Origin: a virus
Reading direction: 5' to 3' (one strand)
IMG/VR virus record: IMGVR_UViG_3300026549_000138
Length of the DNA: 42,274 nucleotides
The position numbers and the translations under genes are program-made. This document shows positions 23,971 through 32,514 of this stretch, in pieces (the stretch's first letter is position 1; each line of letters begins with the position of its first letter). The notes under the pieces were generated by a model, which made no database searches, was not told the DNA's origin, and was given only the letters and a program-made list of their open reading frames with translations.

Positions 23971-24637
23971 GAACCAAATAATCAGACGGCAGATGTTCAC
24001 GGTTGCAAGCCTGCAAGTACGTGAAGCCGCCGAGGGCGAGGCCCCCAGCCGAATCATTGAGGGGTACGCCATTCTTTTCAACGTGCCATCCGCTCCATTG
24101 TGGGCAGATGAGGACAGCGAAGCCAGAGAGGTGATTGCCGCAGGTGCAGTGACCAAAGAACTGTTGGACGGTTGCGACATCAAAATGACGATGTTTCACA
24201 ATCGGCAGTTGCTTTTGGCACGATCGAACAAGGGCGCAGGTACATTGACGTATGAGGTTGACGAAAAGGGCGTGAAGTTCAGTTTTGAGGCCCCCAATAC
24301 AGTCGATGGTGACAAGGCATTGGAATTGGTAAGACGTGGTGACATTGGTGGGTGCAGCTTTGCATTTACCACACGTTATTACGACGATGCTTGCGTTGAG
24401 CGCAGTGCCAAAGTTGTGAATGGTACGACCATGATAACGTACACCGTGAAAGCCGTTACGGGCATTTACGATTTCACTATCACTGACAATCCGGCATACC
24501 CCGATACATCGGTTGAGGCGAGGGAGTTTGTGGCAGGGCTGAAAGCACCAGAGACCCCAGAACCTCCAAAGGACAATACGAAAATGCGTGAGCAATTGCG
24601 CGAAATGCGTTGCGCCGCAAATAGTAAGTTATTTTAA
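23960..24637 (+). CDS. Prohead serine protease (HK97/S78 family)
   Basis: 225 aa, located between the portal and capsid genes, with the IEGYAILFN-type N-terminus. Confidence 0.75.
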   Translation: MKNKNQIIRRQMFTVASLQVREAAEGEAPSRIIEGYAILFNVPSAPLWADEDSEAREVIAAGAVTKELLDGCDIKMTMFHNRQLLLARSNKGAGTLTYEVDEKGVKFSFEAPNTVDGDKALELVRRGDIGGCSFAFTTRYYDDACVERSAKVVNGTTMITYTVKAVTGIYDFTITDNPAYPDTSVEAREFVAGLKAPETPEPPKDNTKMREQLREMRCAANSKLF

Positions 24638-24663
24638 GTTTAACCCCTAAATTTCACAGTTCA

Positions 24664-25980
24664 ATGAAGAAGAACAAATTGAATGTGCGCGAATTGGTCA
24701 ATCAGTATCAGGCCAATTGCGACCGCATCCGCGAAATGGCGGATACGTGCGAAAAGGAGAACCGTGAGCGCAACGATGCTGAGAACAAGGAGTTTGAGGC
24801 CCTTTGCCGCGACAATCAGTTGCTCCAGATGAAGATGCAGGCCGCAACAGCCGAGCATCTGCGTGAGAACCCCAACGCCGCTGAGGAAGCCATTACCCTC
24901 ATCCGCGAGAACGCGAAGAACGGCAAGAAGTCGGAAATTATCTTTGTTCGTGACATGATGATGGTTTCCGATGTGAACGCTGGCGGCATCATCCCCCTCA
25001 ATGTGCAGGATATTTTGAAGCCCCTGCAAGAGGGTTTCATTCTCGACAAGGTAGGTTTGCCCATGCCTACGGGTTTGGCTGGCGATTTCGTTTGGCCAAT
25101 GTATGAGATGGTTGAGGCTACTGTTTTGGGTGAGGGTGCAGCACTCTCAGACACCAAGATTCCGTTTAGCAAGATGACCGCATCACCGGCCCGTATTGGC
25201 ATTGCTATCCCCGTAACCAACCAGAGCCTCAACCAGAGTGACGGCGTTTTGGAGATGATTGTGCGCGAGGTCATGCCGCTGGCAGTGCGTCAGTTGCTCA
25301 ACAAGATTCTGTTTAGCACGGAGGCAGTCAACCAGACCGCCGCATCCGCTGGACTAATTGGCCCGTTTGCCAAGGATTCTGTTAAGGCAAAGAAGATTGC
25401 ATTGTCGAATGTTCCTACATTCCAGCAACTCAATGCCCAGATGAAGGCCGCAGTGCTTGAAACGGGTATTACAGGCGATCACCTTTGTTGGGTTATGACT
25501 AAGAGCATGGCCGCAATTCTGGAGGGTACGCCCATCAACGAAAAGGGCATTTTTGTGCCTATGCTCCAGAACGGCATACTTTGCGGATTACCCGTGTACA
25601 CCACCAACACCATTCGTAAGATTGTCAAGTCGTACCAGAAATATACGGCAGGGCAGACGAACGCATGGGCAGCTTACACCCTGCAAGACAGCGACACCGT
25701 TACTTACAAGGTGAGCGGTGACACCATTGCGCACGCGCTGGCTAAGATTACCAGCCCCGACGGCGGCAAGATTGCCGAGGTGAGCGTTGTGACTGAGTAC
25801 ATTGGTTTGGGTGATTGGCGTTACCAGCCAATGGGACTGTTTGGCACGCTCCGTTTCATCGTTGACCCGTACAGCCAGGCCCGTAAGGACAGCGTGGATT
25901 TCGTACTCAACACGGACTATGCAACCAAGACCGTGCGTGAGGAAGCATTCCTCATGGGCGAGGTTGCCCCGGCATCCTAA
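24664..25980 (+). CDS. Major capsid protein (HK97 fold) with N-terminal delta/scaffold-like coiled coil
   Basis: 438 aa, directly after the protease, with a helical charged N-terminal region of about 100 aa. Confidence 0.85.
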   Translation: MKKNKLNVRELVNQYQANCDRIREMADTCEKENRERNDAENKEFEALCRDNQLLQMKMQAATAEHLRENPNAAEEAITLIRENAKNGKKSEIIFVRDMMMVSDVNAGGIIPLNVQDILKPLQEGFILDKVGLPMPTGLAGDFVWPMYEMVEATVLGEGAALSDTKIPFSKMTASPARIGIAIPVTNQSLNQSDGVLEMIVREVMPLAVRQLLNKILFSTEAVNQTAASAGLIGPFAKDSVKAKKIALSNVPTFQQLNAQMKAAVLETGITGDHLCWVMTKSMAAILEGTPINEKGIFVPMLQNGILCGLPVYTTNTIRKIVKSYQKYTAGQTNAWAAYTLQDSDTVTYKVSGDTIAHALAKITSPDGGKIAEVSVVTEYIGLGDWRYQPMGLFGTLRFIVDPYSQARKDSVDFVLNTDYATKTVREEAFLMGEVAPAS

Positions 25981-26026
25981 GACTTTTCTTTCTGTTCATA
26001 CGATTAAAAAATTAAGTTGGTAGTCA

Positions 26027-26338
26027 ATGGCAGCAGTGGATTTGGCACTATTCAAAAAGCACGTCAGGGCAGATGATTTTGCCGACGATGATACTTATTT
26101 GCAGCACCTTTTGGATGCCGCAGAGTTAAGCGTTATCACGGCAACCCACCGCACGGAAGATGAGTTGAAAGCCATCGGAAACGGTGAGACCATCCCCACA
26201 CCGCTCATTCAGGCGATTATGATGCTGGCAGCGCATTGGTATAATCAGCGTGAGAGCGTGAGCAACGTGCAAATGCACCAAGTGCCCGATTCACTGTCTG
26301 CATTGATTAAGCCATACCGAAAGTTGGTGAGCGAATGA
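26027..26338 (+). CDS. Head-tail connector (gp6-like)
   Basis: 103 aa. LFKKHVRADDFADDDTYLQHLLDAAE is typical of gp6-like connectors. Confidence 0.7.
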   Translation: MAAVDLALFKKHVRADDFADDDTYLQHLLDAAELSVITATHRTEDELKAIGNGETIPTPLIQAIMMLAAHWYNQRESVSNVQMHQVPDSLSALIKPYRKLVSE

Positions 26339-26655
26339 TTGCAGGACGCATGAAATACAAGTTGGCGTTATTGATGCCCAGCACGATCGAGAATGATTTT
26401 GGCGAGGCCATAACCACCTACGAACAAACGCGAGTTGTCAATGCCGAAAGGGTAAAAAACAATGGCCGCAGAAGTGAAGAGGTTGGTGAGCATTTCCCCG
26501 ATTATAATGCTGAGTTCAATATCCGAGACGCGCACCCCGTCGATGAAAATTGGCGAGTGCAGCAATTGGGTGGCCATTTGTACACCGTGACCGCGATAAT
26601 TCCCAACATTGACAAAGGTATGAAAACATTGATTTGTGAGCGTGTGAACGAGTAA
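26335..26655 (+). CDS. Head closure / head-tail adaptor protein
   Basis: 106 aa. The call rests on size, position and overlap with the upstream gene. Confidence 0.6.
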   Translation: MIAGRMKYKLALLMPSTIENDFGEAITTYEQTRVVNAERVKNNGRRSEEVGEHFPDYNAEFNIRDAHPVDENWRVQQLGGHLYTVTAIIPNIDKGMKTLICERVNE

Positions 26656-26666
26656 ACCAACAGCCG

Positions 26667-27260
26667 ATGAAACCCGAAGAATACACAGGCAGCGAATGGC
26701 AGTATCTGTTGAAGCAGATGGACGGCAAGGAAATCAAGAAATCTTTGCGCAGTGCCATAAGAGCCGAGGCCAAGAAAGCCCAGAAGATAGCGCAGGACAA
26801 ATTGGCCGCGACTGATTTGCAGGTGCAGGGTAACACGGCAGATTGGAAGAAAGGAATTAGAACGTACATTTACAATCCCAACAGAGCCACGGGATTCATG
26901 GTGACGGTCAAGGCCAGAGCCGCAAGCAGAAAGACGGGCAAAGGTGAGAAGTCAATGCACCAGAACCGCAAGGGATTCAAGAAACCCGTTTTGATGTGGG
27001 CAGAAGAGGGCACACAGCCCCGTAAACGTGGGGGCAAGCGAGTGAAAGCCGACAACGCCCACAACACGGCAAAGGCGCAGGGCAGAATTGGTGGAGCATG
27101 GCAGTACATACGAAAGGGTGGCATTAAGACGGGTCGGATGAAACCGTACCGTTTTCTGGAAAGGGCGACCCCTGAAATGTTCCAAGCCGTCGAAGCAGGT
27201 TTGACCCCCGAAGTTGGCAGAGCCGTTGAGAACGTGGCACGGAAATGTGGTTTTATTTAA
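26667..27260 (+). CDS. Neck/tail-completion protein (HK97 gp10-like position)
   Basis: 197 aa, basic. The call rests on synteny only. Confidence 0.45.
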   Translation: MKPEEYTGSEWQYLLKQMDGKEIKKSLRSAIRAEAKKAQKIAQDKLAATDLQVQGNTADWKKGIRTYIYNPNRATGFMVTVKARAASRKTGKGEKSMHQNRKGFKKPVLMWAEEGTQPRKRGGKRVKADNAHNTAKAQGRIGGAWQYIRKGGIKTGRMKPYRFLERATPEMFQAVEAGLTPEVGRAVENVARKCGFI

Positions 27261-27272
27261 TAGGCAGCATCT

Positions 27273-27650
27273 ATGACATCATTAAGCATTGGCAAGATTA
27301 TCCGCAAACTCCTAACCGAGAGCGTGAAGATTAAGGCGGCAAAGGTGACAAAGGTTTTCCCCGTTGTTACCGATGAGGCCAAATTGCCATACATTGCATA
27401 TCGTCGGGCTGACATTGAGCCAGGCCCCTTTAAGGGCGGCAACGCCGACACGGTGACAGTCGAGGTGGCGTGTTTCACCAAAGACTATGAGAGCGGCATT
27501 GAGTTGGCCGAGATAGTGCGCGAGGTGCTGGATTGTCAAGAGAAAGAGATTGACGGTTTGAAAATGCGCAGTTGCACATTGTCTGGCGGCGATGAGAGAT
27601 ACCAAGATGATGCCTATGTTCAATATTTAATATTCACAATTAAAGCATAA
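27273..27650 (+). CDS. Tail terminator/tail completion protein (DUF3168-like position)
   Basis: 125 aa, immediately upstream of the major tail protein. Confidence 0.5.
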   Translation: MTSLSIGKIIRKLLTESVKIKAAKVTKVFPVVTDEAKLPYIAYRRADIEPGPFKGGNADTVTVEVACFTKDYESGIELAEIVREVLDCQEKEIDGLKMRSCTLSGGDERYQDDAYVQYLIFTIKA

Positions 27651-27656
27651 TGAGTT

Positions 27657-28127
27657 ATGAGTTACGTTAATGGTAGTGATTTGTTGCTGAATGTAGGTGG
27701 CAAGGCTGTCGGCCATTGCACCACCCACACCACAACTTACAACAGCGAGACGAAAGACCGCGCCGTTAAGCCCGTTGCATCCGCTAAGAAGTCCGCAGGA
27801 CTGTGGAAAGGCAAAGGCGTTACGGGCCTCAGTATTTCCATCAGTGCAGAGGGTTTGCGCTATTACAGCGAGACCGAAAACGGGTTTGTGCAGATTGCGC
27901 CCATGTGGGGCAAGGGTCAGAGCGTTCAGGTGCAGGCATTTGAGCGTGAGGGCGACGCGACACCCTATCTGCAAGGTAAGTTTGTCATTGCCTCCATCGA
28001 GGAGACCAGCCCGGCACAAGACGATGCCACGTACACCATCAATCTGGAGAATGACGGTGAGCCTGACATCTACCCCGGCAGCGACGATGAAGATGGCGGT
28101 GGCGACGACGATGGCGATGGTGGCTAA
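27657..28127 (+). CDS. Major tail protein
   Basis: 156 aa, located before the chaperone and tape-measure genes. It is beta-rich with an acidic, Gly-rich C-terminus. Confidence 0.7.
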   Translation: MSYVNGSDLLLNVGGKAVGHCTTHTTTYNSETKDRAVKPVASAKKSAGLWKGKGVTGLSISISAEGLRYYSETENGFVQIAPMWGKGQSVQVQAFEREGDATPYLQGKFVIASIEETSPAQDDATYTINLENDGEPDIYPGSDDEDGGGDDDGDGG

Positions 28128-28146
28128 CAACCTAATCTGACACAAC

Positions 28147-28467
28147 ATGAATAAGGTTGAAATCACGATCAACGGCAAGCATTACCCCTGTCGGCCAACG
28201 ATGGGGGCAATGCTCCGTTTCAAGAAAGAGACGGGCCGCGAAATTACCCAAATCGAATCTGGCAGTTTTTCCGATATATGCACGTATCTTTGGTGTTGTT
28301 TGGTATCGGCCTGCAAGCATGATGGTATTGAGTTCAATTTGTCATTGATGGATTTTGCTGACAGCATCAGTGCAGATGATATGACCGATTGGAGCAATGC
28401 CGTGATGGGCGATGCCGAGGGCCAGGCCCCAGAGGATGGCGCAGATGCCGAAAAAAAAAGTCAGTAG
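28147..28467 (+). CDS. Tail assembly chaperone G
   Basis: 106 aa, directly upstream of the tape measure. It ends just after an A9 slippery run. Confidence 0.75.
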   Translation: MNKVEITINGKHYPCRPTMGAMLRFKKETGREITQIESGSFSDICTYLWCCLVSACKHDGIEFNLSLMDFADSISADDMTDWSNAVMGDAEGQAPEDGADAEKKSQ

Positions 28468-28784
28468 GCATTTATGAGTTGTTAGGCATTGCGGTTGGCT
28501 GCATCGGTTTGTCATACGACGATTTTTGCAGATTGACCCGTGAAGAGTTCCAACACATTTATGATGCCTATCAAGACAAATTGGAAACTGAGTACCGTTG
28601 TGGATGGGAGCGTATGCGAATGTTGGCCGCGATAACCATACAGCCGCACACCAAGAAAAAGGTAACACCCGAAAAGTTATTGCCATTCCCATGGGAAAAG
28701 AAGAATAAGGCTAACCATAAATTGCCGACCGCCGATGAGGACAAGGCAAGGTTGGAAAGCCTATTGAAACGAATTAAGAAGTAA
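28147..28784 (+). CDS. Tail assembly chaperone GT fusion, produced by -1 programmed frameshift at 28450-28459
   Basis: The -1 frame ORF (28389-28784) is open across the A9 run and continues for about 110 codons to just before the tape-measure start. Confidence 0.65.
28450..28459 (+). promoter_or_regulatory. Slippery sequence for -1 ribosomal frameshifting (G AAA AAA AAA)
   Basis: An A9 run at 28451-28459 lies 6 nt before the zero-frame TAG, and the downstream ORF is in the -1 frame. Confidence 0.65.
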
Positions 28785-28792
28785 CAGCAGAT

Positions 28793-31700
28793 ATGGCAAA
28801 AGACGTAAAATTTAATATAAAGCTGCAAGTTGACGGCAAAGATGTGGTTGTGCAAGCCTCAACCAACGTCAAGCAGTTGGCCAACGATTTAGGGTTGGTG
28901 CATGACCGCGTGACAGCCGCCGACAAAGCGTTTATGAAATGGACGCAGAGCGTTGTTGCCATCGGTGCTGTTACTAACTCCATCCAACAAATATCTGGCG
29001 TACTCAACACCCTCACTGAGGACAGCCGTACATTTGGCGCAGCCATGAAAGCCGCCAACACTATGGCTGGCAAGGATGCCGAGGGATTTGCGCAACTGAA
29101 AGACCAGGTTGCCGAACTGAGTAAGTCAATACCAATGGCCCGTGATGAGTTGGCCAATGGTTTGTATCAAGTCATTTCAAATGGCGTTCCCGAAGATAAT
29201 TGGATTGATTACCTAAGAGCATCGAGCCGTGCCGCCGTCGGTGGTATTGCCGATGTTGGCGAGGTGGTCAAAGTCACTTCGACTGTCATTAAAAACTATG
29301 GTTTGGAATGGTCAGCCGCCCAAGATATTCAGGACAAGATACAGTTGACCGCCAAGAACGGTGTGACATCGTTTGAGCAGTTAGCCGCCGCCCTGCCATC
29401 CGTCACGGGCCAGGCAGCGCAGTTGGGCGTGTCATTCACGGAAATGCTGGCCGTGATGAGTACGTTGACGGGCGTAACGGGTAACACGTCAGAGGTGGCC
29501 ACGCAGCTTGCAAGTGTGCTGACCGCATTAACAAAGGAGAGCAGCAAGAGCCAGAAGATGGCCGAGGAAATGGGCATATCGTTCAATGCTGCATCCATCC
29601 AAGCCGCAGGTGGTTTGCGTAACTATCTGCAAGAGTTAGACCGTACCGTTACGGCATACGCACAGAAGTCCGGCCAACTCAAAGAATCCATTTACAGCAA
29701 ACTTTTCGGACGTGCCGAGGCATTGCGTTTGGTCAATGGCCTAACGGGAGAAATGGCCGCTAAGTTTGACGAAAACATTGCCGCGCTGGATAACAGTGCA
29801 GGAACGATTGACAAGGCATTTGAGACGATGAGCAGCACGGGAGCGGCCACAACTCAGATGCTAAAGAATCAGTTTGCCGCCGTTACCGACCTCATTGCAG
29901 GGATCGTGGGAGGCATACAGCCATATTTGAATTTTACCGCCCAATTGGGCATGACCATATTAAGCGTTACCAGCCTCACAAAAGCCATCAAGGGCCTCAA
30001 CATTGCACACGCATTGATGATTGCCCGTACCAAGGCCGGAGGTGTGGCGATGCTGGCATTTGGTTTGAGGGCAAGCCGTGCCGCCGCTTTTGCCCGTGTG
30101 TTTAGTGCTGCATTGAAAGGTGTGGCATATCAGGCCACAGCCACTAAGATTGCAATACGTGGTTTGATGATGGCAACGGGCGTTGGTGCGCTCATTGCAG
30201 GTGTCACATTTGCCGTTGAAAAACTCACGGGAGCATTTGAAGATGCCAGTGATGCCGCCGAAGATACGGCAGAGAAGATTGACCGTGTGGCCGATACAGC
30301 CCAGCAAGCCCAAGATGCTTTTGCCAATAAGCAGTCAGAGGTGTACAGCAGTCTAATGACAAAGTACACCCAATTGCAGACGGCATGGAAAGCACTGTCA
30401 ACGGCTCATGCCAAAGCCCAATGGATTAAGGACAACAAAAAGGCATTTGAGGAATTGGGTTTGAAGATACACAGTGCCAAGGATGCCGAAGATACGTTTG
30501 TCGGCAATACCGATGCCGTTGTGGAATCGTTCAAGGCCAGAGCCAAAGCCGCCGCCCGTCTGGCACAACTCACAGAAGAGTACCGAATCCAAATGGATTT
30601 GGCCGATGAGATTGCCCGTGGTGATGAGCAATACCGCCAAGAGAACACCGTGCAGGCAGGTGAGCCTGTACGTAAGGAGGGCGAATTTTACCCGGCTGGC
30701 CATTCAGCCGAGAAAGGCATGGAGTACGTCAACAGCGGTGGCCATTGGGTTTATACTGACAAGGGCGCAGCACAGCACAATGCCAATATCGGCAAAAACC
30801 CCAATCTGCAAAGCAGCCGCGACGCATTGGCAGCATCCCAAGAGCGCAGTAAGAAAATCGAGGGTGACATTGCCGCCGATGCCAAAGCCGCCACGACTAA
30901 GGTTAAACCCACGCCCACCAATACAACCAACACAAAGGGCGACCCCAATAAGGACAAAATCATTGAGGGCGCAAAGAGTTATGCCGACCTTACACACAAC
31001 ATCGGTGTGTATAAGAAGCAGTTGGAGGCAGCAGACCCAGCCAACAAGCAGCTTATTACATCTTTGCGTCAGCAGATTGCCGAGGCTGAGGAAGCAGCAC
31101 AGGCCGCAAAGGATTTGGCCAACGGATGGGATTTGCAGAACCCCGACACGCTGGAAGAGATAGACGAAGCCATCAGCCGCCAGCAGGCGTTGCGAAAAAA
31201 GGCCAATGCCGAGAATCTGCAAGGCATTGATGCCGAGATTAAGCGTTTGCAGGGATTGAAAGCCCAGATGGAGCGCAATGCCAAAGTACCAACACCCATT
31301 GAGCAAATCCACACGTATGAGCAATTGGATGAGGCATTGGCCATCTACAATGACCGCCTAAAGGTGGCCACGGAAGAGGAACGCGCCCAAATCCAAACTC
31401 AGATTATCGAGTTGGAGAGATTGCGTAAGAAATGGGATGCCACATTGGAGGCCATGAAAAAGCCAGGCCCCATTGGTACGCTAAAGACCATTGAGGATTT
31501 AGACGATGCCATTTCCTATTACGGCCAACTCCAAAAACACCAGAGTGCCGATGAAATTGCAGCCACCCAGCAAGTCATACAAGCATTGGAAGCCAAGAAA
31601 AAGGCAATGCAGAGGCCGATTGAGTTGGCAGGAATGCAAAAGGAAATTGACGAAATCAACGCCCTAAGTGGCCGTGAGTTCAAGGTGAAGATTAAGGGCA

Positions 31701-32512
31701 TGGGATTTGATGCCCTCACTGACAAAATCCGCGAACTGAAAAAGGCCCTCAACGATATTGACAACCCACCGACCGAGAATCAGCGAAAGCAGATTGAGGG
31801 CATGATTGCCACATACGAGGAATGGCGCAGAAAGTCAATAAGTGCATTTGACACAGCCCGTAACGGATGGGATGGTATCAAGGGCATTGGCAACTCCATT
31901 CAGAGCATTACGGACGCGCTGGAGGGAAACGGCAACGCATGGCAAAAGACTGTTGCACTCGTTGATGCTTTCATCGGTTTGTATGAGGGAATCCAAGCCG
32001 TCATTGGTATCATCAATTTGTTATCGGCTGCATCGTCAGCCCATGCCGTGACCAAAGGTGTTGAGGCAGGTGCAGAGACCACAGAGGCAGCGACCAGGGA
32101 GGCAGCGACCGCCGCCAATGTTGCTGCATCCGTGGCCCAGATTGCGGCAAACAAATTGGAAACAGCATCGTGGGCAGAGTTGGCCGCAGCCATGACATTT
32201 GCCGCCCACGCTTACATACCATTTGCAGGTACGGCCATTGCATCCGGCATGATTGCCGCCCAGCAAGCCATGATTATTGCCGCAGGCATACCGAAGTACG
32301 AAAAGGGTGCTTTGGCATTTGGCCCCACGTTGGGCATATTCGGTGAGTATGCAGGTGCAAGCCACAACCCCGAAGTCGTGGCCCCGTTAGACAAATTGCG
32401 CTCCATGATTGAGCCGTCAAGCGGTTTCAGCGGAGAGGTGGAGTTTGTCATTAAGGGCAGACGTTTGGTTGGTGTGTTGAACAAGGAAAACAAAATCAAT
32501 AAACGCACGTAA
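28793..32512 (+). CDS. Tape measure protein
   Basis: 1239 aa, helical and coiled-coil, with hydrophobic Ala/Gly-rich segments, located after the G/GT chaperone. Confidence 0.9.
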   Translation: MAKDVKFNIKLQVDGKDVVVQASTNVKQLANDLGLVHDRVTAADKAFMKWTQSVVAIGAVTNSIQQISGVLNTLTEDSRTFGAAMKAANTMAGKDAEGFAQLKDQVAELSKSIPMARDELANGLYQVISNGVPEDNWIDYLRASSRAAVGGIADVGEVVKVTSTVIKNYGLEWSAAQDIQDKIQLTAKNGVTSFEQLAAALPSVTGQAAQLGVSFTEMLAVMSTLTGVTGNTSEVATQLASVLTALTKESSKSQKMAEEMGISFNAASIQAAGGLRNYLQELDRTVTAYAQKSGQLKESIYSKLFGRAEALRLVNGLTGEMAAKFDENIAALDNSAGTIDKAFETMSSTGAATTQMLKNQFAAVTDLIAGIVGGIQPYLNFTAQLGMTILSVTSLTKAIKGLNIAHALMIARTKAGGVAMLAFGLRASRAAAFARVFSAALKGVAYQATATKIAIRGLMMATGVGALIAGVTFAVEKLTGAFEDASDAAEDTAEKIDRVADTAQQAQDAFANKQSEVYSSLMTKYTQLQTAWKALSTAHAKAQWIKDNKKAFEELGLKIHSAKDAEDTFVGNTDAVVESFKARAKAAARLAQLTEEYRIQMDLADEIARGDEQYRQENTVQAGEPVRKEGEFYPAGHSAEKGMEYVNSGGHWVYTDKGAAQHNANIGKNPNLQSSRDALAASQERSKKIEGDIAADAKAATTKVKPTPTNTTNTKGDPNKDKIIEGAKSYADLTHNIGVYKKQLEAADPANKQLITSLRQQIAEAEEAAQAAKDLANGWDLQNPDTLEEIDEAISRQQALRKKANAENLQGIDAEIKRLQGLKAQMERNAKVPTPIEQIHTYEQLDEALAIYNDRLKVATEEERAQIQTQIIELERLRKKWDATLEAMKKPGPIGTLKTIEDLDDAISYYGQLQKHQSADEIAATQQVIQALEAKKKAMQRPIELAGMQKEIDEINALSGREFKVKIKGMGFDALTDKIRELKKALNDIDNPPTENQRKQIEGMIATYEEWRRKSISAFDTARNGWDGIKGIGNSIQSITDALEGNGNAWQKTVALVDAFIGLYEGIQAVIGIINLLSAASSAHAVTKGVEAGAETTEAATREAATAANVAASVAQIAANKLETASWAELAAAMTFAAHAYIPFAGTAIASGMIAAQQAMIIAAGIPKYEKGALAFGPTLGIFGEYAGASHNPEVVAPLDKLRSMIEPSSGFSGEVEFVIKGRRLVGVLNKENKINKRT

Positions 32513-32514
32513 CG

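Noticed and set aside
23873-24595. 240-aa minus-strand ORF antisense to the prohead protease.
   Set aside because: It is antisense to a syntenic, motif-supported gene, is Cys/Arg-rich, and has no recognisable domain.
27697-28140. 147-aa plus-strand ORF overlapping the major tail protein in another frame.
   Set aside because: The sequence is Arg/Pro/Ala-rich and low-complexity, and it lies entirely within a better-supported ORF.
30474-31324. Alternative-frame ORFs inside the tape-measure gene (229 aa on the plus strand, 206 aa on the minus strand).
   Set aside because: Their Pro/Arg-rich or Leu/Cys-rich translations are typical of off-frame reading of a coiled-coil gene. The 1239-aa frame is continuous and syntenic.
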